64,000 nt of DNA from Candidatus Poribacteria bacterium (GCA_965215015.1 OZ244042.1:1792001-1856000); one strand, 5' to 3'. Numbered from the stretch's first letter, positions 1-9,519 are shown. Translations and numbers: made by a program. Notes: generated from the letters alone by a model not told the origin.

Positions 1-678
1 GCCCTCGATAGCTCTGCCGATTGGTCTCCGGATGGGTCCCAGATTGCGTTTACGAGCGATCGGGTTCGTAATGGGTTGAGCATTTTCGTGATGGACGCCG
101 ATGGTGCCAACGTCAGACAACTGACTGAGGGGCCGTTTGACGTCGTGCCGAAGTGGTCTCCGGATGGGAAACAGATTGCCTTTGAAGCGGTGTTGGGGTT
201 GGGGCACGGTCGGCAAATCTATATGATGAATGCCGATGGCACCAACATCTGGCAGGTGTCAGAACCGGTTCCCAAGGCGGGGATGTTTTTGAGGGGGTGG
301 TCGCCGGATGGCAAACGGATTTTGTATACAGCGGCTATTGATTACTTAGCCCAAAGTGCGTTTTTAGTCATTGCGACGTTGCATCCGAGAAGGCATAAGG
401 CAATCAAGCATGAGCGGGTGCCGCTGCCAAAAAAAATGCACCTCGAGACATCTGCATGGGGTGCCGATGGGAAGTCGGTGCTCGCCACTCTCAGAAGGGG
501 TTCTAGGGAAGCGGGTGGTGCCTGGAATATCTACCGGTTTCGTCTCTCAACGGGTGAACTCATCCAGTTGACCGATAATCCGACGACGGATATAGCTCCT
601 CACGAATGGAATCCTCGGCTGTCGATTTCGCCACAGGGGTTAGCTCCCAAACGTTGGGTGGAGATTAAATCGAACTGA
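1..678 (+). CDS. TolB-like/PD40 beta-propeller protein, copy 1 (5' end outside the window)
   Basis: WSPDG-x-x-IAF repeats; near-identical to the 3' part of 1251..2219; the frame is open from base 1. Confidence 0.85.
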   Translation, partial: ALDSSADWSPDGSQIAFTSDRVRNGLSIFVMDADGANVRQLTEGPFDVVPKWSPDGKQIAFEAVLGLGHGRQIYMMNADGTNIWQVSEPVPKAGMFLRGWSPDGKRILYTAAIDYLAQSAFLVIATLHPRRHKAIKHERVPLPKKMHLETSAWGADGKSVLATLRRGSREAGGAWNIYRFRLSTGELIQLTDNPTTDIAPHEWNPRLSISPQGLAPKRWVEIKSN

Positions 679-733
679 CCGCATCACCGAGGGGTTGGGT
701 TGCCCCCAATCCCTCCCACTCCTTACCCCTTTG

Positions 734-823
734 GCTCATGTTAAGAAATGGTGCAACAGTCCCCGAGTTTTTTCGGAAACACTCGGTTTCTCTAAGCATC
801 TGTGCACTTTCTTTTGCATGAAT
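734..823 (+). mobile_element. MITE-like element family A (about 90 bp); other copies at 2275-2363, 31103-31192, 32159-32248 (inverted), 59331-59421
   Basis: terminal inverted repeats GCTCATGTTAAGAAA...TTTCTT-x-x-x-x-CATGA and an internal CCGAGTTTT...AAAACTCGG hairpin. Confidence 0.7.
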
Positions 824-1026
824 TTCATTTTTTTTCTAAAAAAAGAGCTAAACTTTTTGAATTGAGCGCAATATAATAAGTGTAGGCGGAATTAATCAGA
901 GCCTACGAGTGAAGCGATGTTTTGAGGCTGTCTGAGTGGTTGTCCTCAAATATAATAAGGGTAGAGGCAGTGGACCCATCTGTTGCCTCTCACATTTCAC
1001 CGCATTTTACCAGGAGGAGGTTCATC

Positions 1027-1248
1027 ATGACATGCCTACCCCGGGTGGAACCGATTGAAGACACGCCGCCCCCGGAAGAGGTCAACACGAGGGACGATAC
1101 GCTCACAAACAATGTTGGTGGTTTATCAGATGGCTACTATTGGATTAACGCCTATACGGAGCTGGAGTTCAAGAGAGAAGGGAGCAACATCAACCTTCGG
1201 ACCCCCAGAGCCGAGGCGGCAAAAAGATTTCGGAAAATGAGGAACTAA
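1027..1248 (+). CDS. small hypothetical protein (73 aa) upstream of TolB-like copy 2
   Basis: RBS AGGAGGAGG at 1012-1020 then ATG 1027; stop 2 nt before the TolB-like ATG; paralog at 2581. Confidence 0.55.
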   Translation: MTCLPRVEPIEDTPPPEEVNTRDDTLTNNVGGLSDGYYWINAYTELEFKREGSNINLRTPRAEAAKRFRKMRN

Positions 1249-1250
1249 CC

Positions 1251-2219
1251 ATGCGTACTCTAACGATATACCTCACCTGTTGTCTCTGGTTGGGCACGAT
1301 GAGTGCTCATGGCAAAATTGTGTTTCAATCCGGTCGGGATGGAAATCTTGAAATCTATGTCATGAATTCAGACGGAACGGGTCAAACCCGTCTGACACAT
1401 AACGAGGCACGCGATTTTGAAGCTGCCTGGTCTCCTAATGGTAGACAGATTGCGTTCACACGAACGTGGGATGATGAGGACTTGGAGATTTATGTGATGG
1501 ATGCCGATGGTGGCAACCAGCGCAATCTGACCAACCATCCCGCCCTCGATGGCTCTGCCGATTGGTCTCCGGATGGATCGCAGATTGCGTTTACGAGTGA
1601 GCGGGTTCGTAATGGGTTGAGGATTTTCGTGATGGACGCCGATGGTGCCAACATCAGACAACTGACCGAGGGACCATTTGACGTCGTACCGAAGTGGTCT
1701 CCGGATGGGAAACGGATTGCGTTTGAATCGATGTTGGAGTTGGGGCACGGTCGGCAAATCTATATGATGAATGCCGATGGCACCAACATCTGGCAGGTGT
1801 CAGAACCGGTTCCCAAGGCGGGGATGTTTTTGAGGGGGTGGTCGCCGGATGGCAAACGGATTTTGTATACAGCGGCTATTGATTACTTAGCCCAAAGTGC
1901 GTTTTTGGTCATTGCGACGTTGCATCCGAGAAGGCATAAGGCAATCAAGCATGAGCGGGTGCCGCTGCCAAAAAAAATGCACCTCGAGACATCTGCATGG
2001 GGTGCCGATGGGAAGTCGGTGCTCGCCACTCTCAGAAGGGGTCCTAGGGAAGCGGGTGGTGCCTGGAATATCTACCGGTTTCGTCTCTCAACGGGTGAAC
2101 TCATCCAGTTGACCGATAATCCGACGACGGATATAGCTCCTCACGAATGGAATCCTCGTCTGTCGATTTCGCCACAGGGGTTAGCTCCCAAGCGTTGGGT
2201 GGAGATTAAATCGAACTGA
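1251..2219 (+). CDS. secreted TolB-like/PD40 beta-propeller protein, copy 2
   Basis: N-terminal signal-like MRTLTIYLTCCLWLGTMSAHG; RDGNLEIYVM and WSPDG repeats. Confidence 0.9.
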   Translation: MRTLTIYLTCCLWLGTMSAHGKIVFQSGRDGNLEIYVMNSDGTGQTRLTHNEARDFEAAWSPNGRQIAFTRTWDDEDLEIYVMDADGGNQRNLTNHPALDGSADWSPDGSQIAFTSERVRNGLRIFVMDADGANIRQLTEGPFDVVPKWSPDGKRIAFESMLELGHGRQIYMMNADGTNIWQVSEPVPKAGMFLRGWSPDGKRILYTAAIDYLAQSAFLVIATLHPRRHKAIKHERVPLPKKMHLETSAWGADGKSVLATLRRGPREAGGAWNIYRFRLSTGELIQLTDNPTTDIAPHEWNPRLSISPQGLAPKRWVEIKSN

Positions 2220-2580
2220 CCGCATCACCGAGGGGTTGGGTTGCCCCCAATCCCTCCCATTCCTTACCCCTTTGGCTGATGTTAAGACAGAGTGCAACAG
2301 CCTCCGAGTTTTGCCGAAAAAGCTCGGTTGCTGTTCGCGCTTTGCACTTTCTTTTGCATGAATTTCATTTTTTAGTAAAAAAAGAGCTAAACTTTTTGAA
2401 TTGAGCGCAATATAATAAGTGTAGGCGGAATCAATCCTGCTAAATTGAAAAGAGCCTACGAGTGAAGCGATGTTTTGAGGCGGTCCGAGGGACTGTCCTC
2501 AAATATAATAAGGGTAGAGGCAGTCGAACCATCTGTCGCCTCTCACATTTTCACCTCGTTTTACCAGGAGGAGGTTCATC

Positions 2581-2811
2581 ATGACACGCCTGAAGCAACA
2601 CCCGAAGGCATTTGTGATTGAAGACACGCCGCCCCCGGAAGAGGTCAACACGAGGGACGATACGCTCACAAACAATGTTGATGGTTTATCAAACGGCCCC
2701 TATTGGATTAACGCCTATACGGAGCTGGAGTTCAAGAGAGAGGGGAGCAACATCAACCTTCTGACCCCCAGAGCCGAGGCGGCAAAAAGATTTTTGAAGA
2801 TGAGGAACTAA
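2581..2811 (+). CDS. small hypothetical protein (76 aa) upstream of TolB-like copy 3
   Basis: AGGAGGAGG RBS then ATG 2581; paralog of 1027..1248 with a different N-terminus. Confidence 0.55.
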   Translation: MTRLKQHPKAFVIEDTPPPEEVNTRDDTLTNNVDGLSNGPYWINAYTELEFKREGSNINLLTPRAEAAKRFLKMRN

Positions 2812-2813
2812 CC

Positions 2814-3782
2814 ATGCGTACTCTAACGATATACCTCACCTGTTGTCTCTGGTTGGGCACGATGAGTGCTCATGGCAAAATTGTGTTTCAATCCGGTCGG
2901 GATGGGAATCTTGAAATCTACGTCATGAATTCAGACGGAACGGGTCAAACCCGTCTGACACATAACGAGGCCCGCGATCTCCAAGCTGCCTGGTCTCCTA
3001 ATGGGAGACAGATTGCGTTCACACGAATGTGGGATGATGAGGACTTGGAGATTTATGTGATGGATGCCGATGGTGGCAACCAGCGCAATCTGACCAACCA
3101 TCCCGCCCTCGATGGCTCTGCCGATTGGTCTCCGGATGGGTCGCAGATTGCGTTTACGAGCGAGCGGGTTCGTAATGGGTTGAGCATTTTCGTGATGGAC
3201 GCCGATGGTGCCAACGTCAGACAACTGACTGAGGGACCGTTTGACGTCGTGCCGAAGTGGTCTCCGGATGGGAAACGGATTGCGTTTGAATCGATGTTGG
3301 AGTTGGGGCACGGTCGGCAAATCTATATGATGAATGCTGATGGCACCAACATCTGGCAGGTGTCAGAACCGATTCCCAAGGCGGGGATGTTTTTGATGGG
3401 GTGGTCGCCGGATGGTAAACAGATTCTGTATACAGCGGCTGTTGATTACTTAGTCCAAAGTTCGTTTTTAGTCATTGCGACGTTGCATCCGAGAAGGCAT
3501 GAGGCGGTCAAGCATGAGCGGGTGCCGCTGCCAAAAAAAATGCACCTCAACACGGCTGCGTGGGGTGCCGATGGGAAGTCGGTGCTCGCGACTCTCAGAA
3601 GGGGTCCTAGGGAAGCGGGTGGTGCCTGGAATATCTACCGTTTCCGTCTCTCAACGGGTGAACTCATCCAGTTGACCGATAATCCGACGACGGATATAGC
3701 CCCTCATGAATGGAATCCTCGGCTGTCGGTTTCGCCACAGGGGTTGGCTCCCAAGCGTTGGGTGGAGATTAAATCGAACTGA
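2814..3782 (+). CDS. secreted TolB-like/PD40 beta-propeller protein, copy 3
   Basis: same length (322 aa) and motifs as copy 2. Confidence 0.9.
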   Translation: MRTLTIYLTCCLWLGTMSAHGKIVFQSGRDGNLEIYVMNSDGTGQTRLTHNEARDLQAAWSPNGRQIAFTRMWDDEDLEIYVMDADGGNQRNLTNHPALDGSADWSPDGSQIAFTSERVRNGLSIFVMDADGANVRQLTEGPFDVVPKWSPDGKRIAFESMLELGHGRQIYMMNADGTNIWQVSEPIPKAGMFLMGWSPDGKQILYTAAVDYLVQSSFLVIATLHPRRHEAVKHERVPLPKKMHLNTAAWGADGKSVLATLRRGPREAGGAWNIYRFRLSTGELIQLTDNPTTDIAPHEWNPRLSVSPQGLAPKRWVEIKSN

Positions 3783-3833
3783 CCGCATCACCGAGGGGTT
3801 GGGTTGCCCCCAATCCCTCCCATTCTTTACTGC

Positions 3834-3910
3834 CATTAAACTCGCAACCCGAATGAGGAACAAAATATCCCTAACCCCGTAGGTGGGGCCTCTTGCCCCA
3901 TCTACTACCT
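3834..3910. repeat. dispersed repeat with a GTAG-type REP palindrome; inverted copy near 63200-63275
   Basis: GTAGGTGGGGC-ctctt-GCCCCATCTAC hairpin; about 75 bp match on the opposite strand at 63.2 kb. Confidence 0.7.
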
Positions 3911-4251
3911 GAGCCCCATACCTGCATCCGTGCTTTCTGTGCCACCAGTTTAAGCCGTGATTCAGGCAATAATTATAACCCCCTTCAACTGCCACTTTGC
4001 ACACTGGACGTTAAAGGCGACAACCGAGTTGCACGGTGTTGGGCAATTTCTGAACCATCCCCTTAACTGCACGAGTATTTCGTGGGTGGTTGCCCCTATT
4101 CGGTTTTGACGGTGAGATTCACCGGTTGGAGGGATCTCCTATGTTTCTCATTGTTAATAGATGTTTGGCACAAAGATTGCCCAATAACTACTAAGAGGCC
4201 CCACTGGAGTGAAGACAAACAACTGCCGCTTATAAGTAAGGAGGAACGACC

Positions 4252-4875
4252 ATGACACAACAACGGAATCCACGAAACCCAGAAAAATGTCCCTTCTATA
4301 TTCAACCCACAGACCCCTTAAGCGCAGAGAAATCAATTGATCGATGTGTGGCGTGTGTTACTCGCGGCAACCAACAGCTTCAAAGCCTGAAAGCGGATTT
4401 GCGTCAAACGGCATACCTGACAATTCGCGAACAGACGCCGAAGTATGACCCCAACCATGAAACGGGGGCCAGTTTCAGCACATTTATCCGTTCCTGGGTG
4501 TGTGGCAAGCTCTGGAGCGAAAGAACAGAATACCTCAAGTTAATTCCGTTTCCGGTCTATGAGGGTAGGGAAGATGCTCAACCCTTTGCCAACAATCCAT
4601 TGGTTGATGGAATGGTAGCCGAAGCATGGCAATGTGAAGGCGTCGAGGACCGGGCGACCCACTGTGTTGAGGTTGAGCAATTTAAACAGCAGCTGCCCCA
4701 ATTCTTAGAACGTTTGTCCGAGCGGGAACGGTTGGTCTTGAAGTTAAAATTCTTTGAGGAAAAAAAGTCAGTTGAGATAGCTAAAGTCCTTGATGTGAGT
4801 GAGGCGCGTGTGAGCCAATTGATTAGCACTACCCTTGCTAAATTGAAAAAAACTATCAGTGCCCGGTTCTGTTGA
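4252..4875 (+). CDS. sigma-70 family RNA polymerase sigma factor (regions 2 and 4, FliA/WhiG-like)
   Basis: KYDPNHETGASFSTF (region 2) and LSERERLVLKLKF...EIAKVLDVSEARVSQL (region 4 HTH); RBS AAGGAGGA. Confidence 0.85.
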   Translation: MTQQRNPRNPEKCPFYIQPTDPLSAEKSIDRCVACVTRGNQQLQSLKADLRQTAYLTIREQTPKYDPNHETGASFSTFIRSWVCGKLWSERTEYLKLIPFPVYEGREDAQPFANNPLVDGMVAEAWQCEGVEDRATHCVEVEQFKQQLPQFLERLSERERLVLKLKFFEEKKSVEIAKVLDVSEARVSQLISTTLAKLKKTISARFC

Positions 4876-5101
4876 CATTTGACAAATCAACCAATCTTGA
4901 GATCAATGTAGTGGGTACGCTCGGTTGTGCTGTCCACAGAAGAGAGTGAGGCCTTCAGTTGGTCAATTTGCTAAGATCGACCAACTGGGAATCGAAATAT
5001 GAATCTAGATTGATCGGCTTAGCCGCGCAATCTGCTAAATTCGTTTAATCCGTGATTCAGACAATAATTATGCACATCCCTCAATGAGGTTATAATAATC
5101 A

Positions 5102-6082
5102 ATGAATAACAATAGACCGACGCGGATTGCCGATGTAATTGGCGGACACATTCATCCGGCAATCTGTGTCACGCAAAGCGGAACGCTGCTTGGCGTCTAC
5201 AATAAAGAGGGCGGTGGTGGGAAAGAACTCCTATTAAGCCGATCGGACGATGGAGGCGGGACGTGGAGCCGTCCAATCCCCATCCCTGTCATCCGTAACT
5301 GCTCAATCTATCCCGGATCGCTGACAACGTTGAGCGATGGACGGGTTCTGCTCAATTGGTCCTGCTATCACAAAGCGGGGAAGAAACTCTGGCGGACACC
5401 TCAATTTTCAATCAGCCGCGACGAGGGCGAAACGTGGTCTGAACCGAGAGATTATCCTATCACCGACCTCACCAACTATACCTGTATGCGTCATGCACAG
5501 ATTGAATGGTCAACCGATACGTGGGTGTGTCCATTCTATGACCGCACCGTGCTGTACGATATGAGGGCAGATCAGATTAAGGCTTTCGGGGATGGACGCA
5601 ATCACGGCATGGTGCCGATTGTCCGTACCACTAAGGGAACGCTAATCAGCGGTGCCCCGCAGGCGGTTGCGCCCGTGCCTGTAGGTGTGCCGGGGAATAT
5701 GGTCAGAGGGCTTCGTTCGACAGATAACGGTAACACATGGGATGCGTTGAACGTCTTTCCGCACTTTGGTGTTGCTGGATATGATCTAGCTGCGCTGACA
5801 AACGGTTGGATCGTCTTAACCTACATCGTCTACGGCGTTGGCGTCGATGGGGAGTTTAGCTATGAGTTAGTTGTATCGCGTGATGATGGGGTAACGTGGA
5901 ATTTCGATCGCGCAATTGAAGTCCACAATCCGGGTAGGCCCATCGTGGGGCGGGGTTGGCCGCGCACGGTGCAGCTTGACGCAGAGACCCTTGGGACCCT
6001 CTTTTATGATCTTGACCAAGACCAACCTGGGGGGCCGGGGGTGTTCTTTGTTCGGACACCACTGACGCAATTGGGCGGTTGA
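5102..6082 (+). CDS. BNR/Asp-box sialidase-like protein
   Basis: four Asp-boxes: SDDGGGTW, SRDEGETW, STDNGNTW, SRDDGVTW. Confidence 0.8.
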   Translation: MNNNRPTRIADVIGGHIHPAICVTQSGTLLGVYNKEGGGGKELLLSRSDDGGGTWSRPIPIPVIRNCSIYPGSLTTLSDGRVLLNWSCYHKAGKKLWRTPQFSISRDEGETWSEPRDYPITDLTNYTCMRHAQIEWSTDTWVCPFYDRTVLYDMRADQIKAFGDGRNHGMVPIVRTTKGTLISGAPQAVAPVPVGVPGNMVRGLRSTDNGNTWDALNVFPHFGVAGYDLAALTNGWIVLTYIVYGVGVDGEFSYELVVSRDDGVTWNFDRAIEVHNPGRPIVGRGWPRTVQLDAETLGTLFYDLDQDQPGGPGVFFVRTPLTQLGG

Positions 6083-6393
6083 GACAAAATACCTGAGGGT
6101 GCTCATAAATAGACCCTCGGTTGGGTTGAACAGGTAATCCCTAATCTCTGCCCACATCAACCAATGTTCGGCGTGTCGCGCAACATATTGGGTATTTTGG
6201 GGACAAGAATCCGTGATTCAGACAATTTATTATCAGCACTTCTCAAAGACCTACGCTCATGTCCAAAGAAAGTGCAAAACGCAAAGAACGTGAAACGTGA
6301 AAAACCATTTGTTCATGGGGGCATTGGTTCGTTAATGCGGGCGGGCTAGGAAGGCCGGATTCTATTGCACGATTGCTTAACATCAACGAAATT

Positions 6394-6436
6394 AAAAAGC
6401 CGTAGAGACACAATATACCGTGCCCTTACGGCTTTC
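6394..6436 (-). terminator. intrinsic terminator after leuA
   Basis: AAAGCCGTA...TACGGCTTTTT inverted repeat with U-tract on the minus strand, about 20 nt after the leuA stop. Confidence 0.65.
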
Positions 6437-6455
6437 TTGTTATGGATTTCTCATT

Positions 6456-7991
6456 TTATTCTTCATAGCGCAGATGGACAATCTTGTTGAGGACATCAAT
6501 GTAGGCTTTCGCGCTCGCTTCAATAATGTCCGTGCTAGCACCATGCCCGATAATAACATTCCCGTTGTCCTGCACCCGGATTGTCACCTCACCGATCGCA
6601 TCCTTTCCCTCGGTAACAGACCGGATGTTGTAGTCTGCGAGCAGGAGGGGAATCTTGGCGATCCGGTCAATTGCCTTATAGGCTGCATCAACAGGACCAT
6701 CGCCAGTGGAGGCTTCCTCAATAACACCTGCTTCGGTACGGACGCCTACCGTCGTTGTTGGGGAGATTTTCGTCCCGCTGACCAGCTGAATGTACTCCAA
6801 TTGGAAGGTTTCAGGAATCGAGCGGACCTCGTCTCTCATGATGGCCTCAAGGTCGGCGTCGTGAACCTCTTTCTTCTTATCGGCGACGTTGAGGAATCGT
6901 TCATAGATTTTTTCCAGCTGTTCCTGTGTCACCTCATAACCGAGCGCATTCAGACGGTGCCTGAGGGCGTTGCGCCCGGATCGCGGACTGAGGATAATCT
7001 GACTCTCCTGCCAACCGACATCTGCCGGATCGATAATCTCGAAAGTATTTCGTTGCTTGATAACACCATCTTGATGAATGCCAGAACTGTGTGCAAAAGC
7101 ATTCTCCCCAACGATAGCTTTGTTCGGTTGAACCGATATTCCCATCGTCCGACTGACACGACGGCTAATCGGAACAATCTCTTTCGTGTTGATGTCCGTA
7201 TAGTAGTCGCTGAAATAGTCTCGACGGGTTCGGATTGCCATCACAATCTCTTCGAGCGATGTGTTACCAGCGCGTTCACCGAGCCCGTTGATGGTGCATT
7301 CGACCTGCCTTGCCCCATTTTCAATCGCTGCGAGACTGTTCGCAACAGCGAGTCCGAGGTCATTATGGCAGTGGACACTGATGATTGCTTGATCGATGTT
7401 CGGGACATTCGCTTTGATGTCCGCGATGAGTTCCCCAAATTCAGCTGGCACCGTCCAGCCTACCGTTTCGGGGATGTTCACGATCGTTGCGCCCGCCGCG
7501 ATCGTCGCCTCAACCACTTCATAAAGATAGCTTGGCTCCGTACGTCCGGCGTCCATCGGCGAAAATTCGATAACTGCGCTGGGGTGTCCGGCAGATAGCC
7601 CCTTCGCGTAGCTGACGGCGTCGAGTGCCATCTGCAGCGTCTCTTCGGGAGAGGTGCGGGTGATACGTTCTCGGTGAATGGGTGAGGTCCCGACAAACGT
7701 GTGAATACGAGGTTTTTGGGCATCTTTAATCGCTCCCCACGCCGCGGTGATATCCTTCTCGACCACGCGTGAAAGCGCGCAAATTTCTGGACCCTCAACT
7801 TCATTGGAGATGCGCGTCACTGCATCAAAGTCACCGGGTGATGAGACAGGGAACCCAGCTTCGATAATATCGACTTGCAGCTTTGCGAGGTGTTTCGCTA
7901 TTTCCAGCTTTTCCTCAAGATTCAGCGCGGCACCGGGCGTTTGCTCAGCATCCCGCAGGGTGGTATCAAAAATGTAAACTTTCTCAGACAC
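6456..7991 (-). CDS. leuA: 2-isopropylmalate synthase
   Basis: [37 protein letters not shown] and a C-terminal regulatory domain (GDGPVDA). Confidence 0.93.
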   Translation of the reverse strand: MSEKVYIFDTTLRDAEQTPGAALNLEEKLEIAKHLAKLQVDIIEAGFPVSSPGDFDAVTRISNEVEGPEICALSRVVEKDITAAWGAIKDAQKPRIHTFVGTSPIHRERITRTSPEETLQMALDAVSYAKGLSAGHPSAVIEFSPMDAGRTEPSYLYEVVEATIAAGATIVNIPETVGWTVPAEFGELIADIKANVPNIDQAIISVHCHNDLGLAVANSLAAIENGARQVECTINGLGERAGNTSLEEIVMAIRTRRDYFSDYYTDINTKEIVPISRRVSRTMGISVQPNKAIVGENAFAHSSGIHQDGVIKQRNTFEIIDPADVGWQESQIILSPRSGRNALRHRLNALGYEVTQEQLEKIYERFLNVADKKKEVHDADLEAIMRDEVRSIPETFQLEYIQLVSGTKISPTTTVGVRTEAGVIEEASTGDGPVDAAYKAIDRIAKIPLLLADYNIRSVTEGKDAIGEVTIRVQDNGNVIIGHGASTDIIEASAKAYIDVLNKIVHLRYEE

Positions 7992-8019
7992 TGTGTGATT
8001 CTCCTTTTTAGGGGTGCGC

Positions 8020-9084
8020 CTACGCTAGGCTTTTATGTGCAGTCCTAAGTAATGAAGCCGTTGTTTCCAGATCAATGCAACTGTCGGTGACGGAAACACC
8101 GTATTCAAGCGTGGATCGATCAAACCCGGTTAAGTCAGAAGGTATTTGCTGACTTCCAGCGTTAATATTTGATTCTAGCATGATTCCTACTATCCCATCA
8201 TTTCCGTCACGAACCTGTTTTAATATTTCCTCAAAAACAGCGGCTTGTTTGCTGTAATCTTTCTCTGAATTTCCGTGACTACAATCTATCACAACATTTG
8301 GAGGCAGCTCCGCTTCCGTCAGCATCCCTTGAACATCTTGAACACTTTGTGAGTCATAATTTGTGCCCGTATTGCTCCCCCTTATTACAATATGAGTATA
8401 TGGATTACCCGTTGTTCGTACAACAGACGGAGCCCCATAGCCATCAATTCCCAGAAAAGAGTGTTCGCCGTTTGCTGATAGAATCGCGTTGATCGCAACC
8501 GAGATATCGCCCTGAGTGCTGTTTTTGAAGCCAACCGGCATCGAAAGACCCGAAGCTAGCTGTCTGTGTTGGGGCGACTCAGTCGTCCGCGCCCCAATTG
8601 CCGCCCAAGAGACCAGATCCGAATTATATTGAGGCGTGAAGGTTTCAAGATATTCAGTGGCACATGGCAGTCCGATTTCAAGACTATCCATTAATATCCG
8701 TCTTGAGATATATAAGCCATCCTTGATATCTCCTGCCCCATTTAGATGTGGGTCATAGATTAAGCCTTTCCAACCGAGACTGGTGCGGGGTTTTTCAAAA
8801 TAAGACCTGACTATAATAACTAAGCGATCTGAAACAGCATCCGAAACCTCTTTTAATCTTACCGCATAGTCATGGGCGACCTCTGCATCATGGATAGAAC
8901 AAGGGCCAACTATGACGAATTTTCGGGAATCGGTGCCATCCAAGATATTTCTGACGCTTGTTCTGCCGTATTGGACCGTCTGTGTCATCGCATCTGTTCT
9001 TGGGAGATCGATTAGCAACTGTCTTGGACTCATTAAGGTTTGATAGTCTTTGACATTTCTGTCAATCGTACCGTTGGTCTGCAT
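8020..9084 (-). CDS. aroF: 3-deoxy-7-phosphoheptulonate (DAHP) synthase, class I-alpha (AroF/G/H isozyme not resolvable)
   Basis: VGPCSIHD, YFEKPRT-x-x-GWKG, IGARTTES, PVGFKN, DCSHGNS; RBS AGGAGG upstream of ATG 9084. Confidence 0.9.
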   Translation of the reverse strand: MQTNGTIDRNVKDYQTLMSPRQLLIDLPRTDAMTQTVQYGRTSVRNILDGTDSRKFVIVGPCSIHDAEVAHDYAVRLKEVSDAVSDRLVIIVRSYFEKPRTSLGWKGLIYDPHLNGAGDIKDGLYISRRILMDSLEIGLPCATEYLETFTPQYNSDLVSWAAIGARTTESPQHRQLASGLSMPVGFKNSTQGDISVAINAILSANGEHSFLGIDGYGAPSVVRTTGNPYTHIVIRGSNTGTNYDSQSVQDVQGMLTEAELPPNVVIDCSHGNSEKDYSKQAAVFEEILKQVRDGNDGIVGIMLESNINAGSQQIPSDLTGFDRSTLEYGVSVTDSCIDLETTASLLRTAHKSLA

Positions 9085-9106
9085 TATTTTGCTGCCTCCT
9101 ATAGAC

Positions 9107-9149
9107 AAAAAAAACGCCCACCATCGAACCTGTTTTCGATGATAGGCGT
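9107..9149 (-). terminator. attenuator terminator hairpin upstream of the DAHP synthase gene
   Basis: minus strand ACGCCTATCATCGAA-aacagg-TTCGATGGTGGGCGT followed by a T-run; 15-bp stem with G:U pairs. Confidence 0.9.
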
Positions 9150-9177
9150 GAATGAAAAACTAAATGTGGGATAATCT

Positions 9178-9303
9178 CTACATCTCCGATGCGAGGTCTA
9201 CCCGCCCATCATCGCAGCACAAGTACAACAAAAAGAGATAGAGATAAAGGAAGTACAGCGTTGTTTGACGTGCGATGTGGGTATGTGGGTAGAAATTTTT
9301 CAT
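9178..9303 (-). CDS. attenuation leader peptide MKNFYPHTHIARQTTLYFLYLYLFLLYLCCDDGRVDLASEM (41 aa)
   Basis: hand-translated; RBS AGAGG; 13 consecutive Leu/Tyr/Phe codons; contains an antiterminator-complementary segment at 9203-9214. Confidence 0.85.
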   Translation of the reverse strand: MKNFYPHTHIARQTTLYFLYLYLFLLYLCCDDGRVDLASEM

Positions 9304-9393
9304 TAGCCTCTTGTGGTTCCTATGTATTCTATACCTAACCTATACGTTCATCAACTGCTAGAAATGTCTGTAAGTTTGGTGAAAAGACACTTA

Positions 9394-9423
9394 ATTTTAA
9401 CAAACCCCTTGACAAGATGTCAA
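9394..9423 (-). promoter_or_regulatory. sigma70-type promoter for leader-aroF-leuA
   Basis: minus strand TTGACA-18 nt-TAAAAT with an extended TG. Confidence 0.55.
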
Positions 9424-9434
9424 GGCAATTTTCG

Positions 9435-9463
9435 TTGACAACCCTTTTTCTGGGTGTTATAGT
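9435..9463 (+). promoter_or_regulatory. sigma70-type promoter, divergent
   Basis: TTGACA-17 nt-TATAGT with an extended TG. Confidence 0.65.
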
Positions 9464-9519
9464 TATATTTCGGAGCGTCAATAAAACAGATTTAATCGGG
9501 ATTTGAGGATTAAAGAATC

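Larger units (their letters stand above)
1..3828 (+). repeat. tandem gene array, units of 1541 and 1563 bp (MITE + promoter region + small ORF + TolB-like gene)
   Basis: stop codons at 678, 2219 and 3782 with the same downstream flank; intergenic regions align. Confidence 0.9.

Noticed and set aside
1-3782. DGR-driven diversification of the TolB-like copies, or a true tolB
   Set aside because: Substitutions are not adenine-specific and whole genes are duplicated; there is no TolB N-terminal domain and no tolQRA/pal context
6420-7598. 392-aa plus-strand ORF and other long antisense ORFs (13465..14100, 16988..17725, 18442..19029, 33561..34202, 49105..49980)
   Set aside because: Shadows of well-supported genes on the opposite strand, with no recognisable motifs
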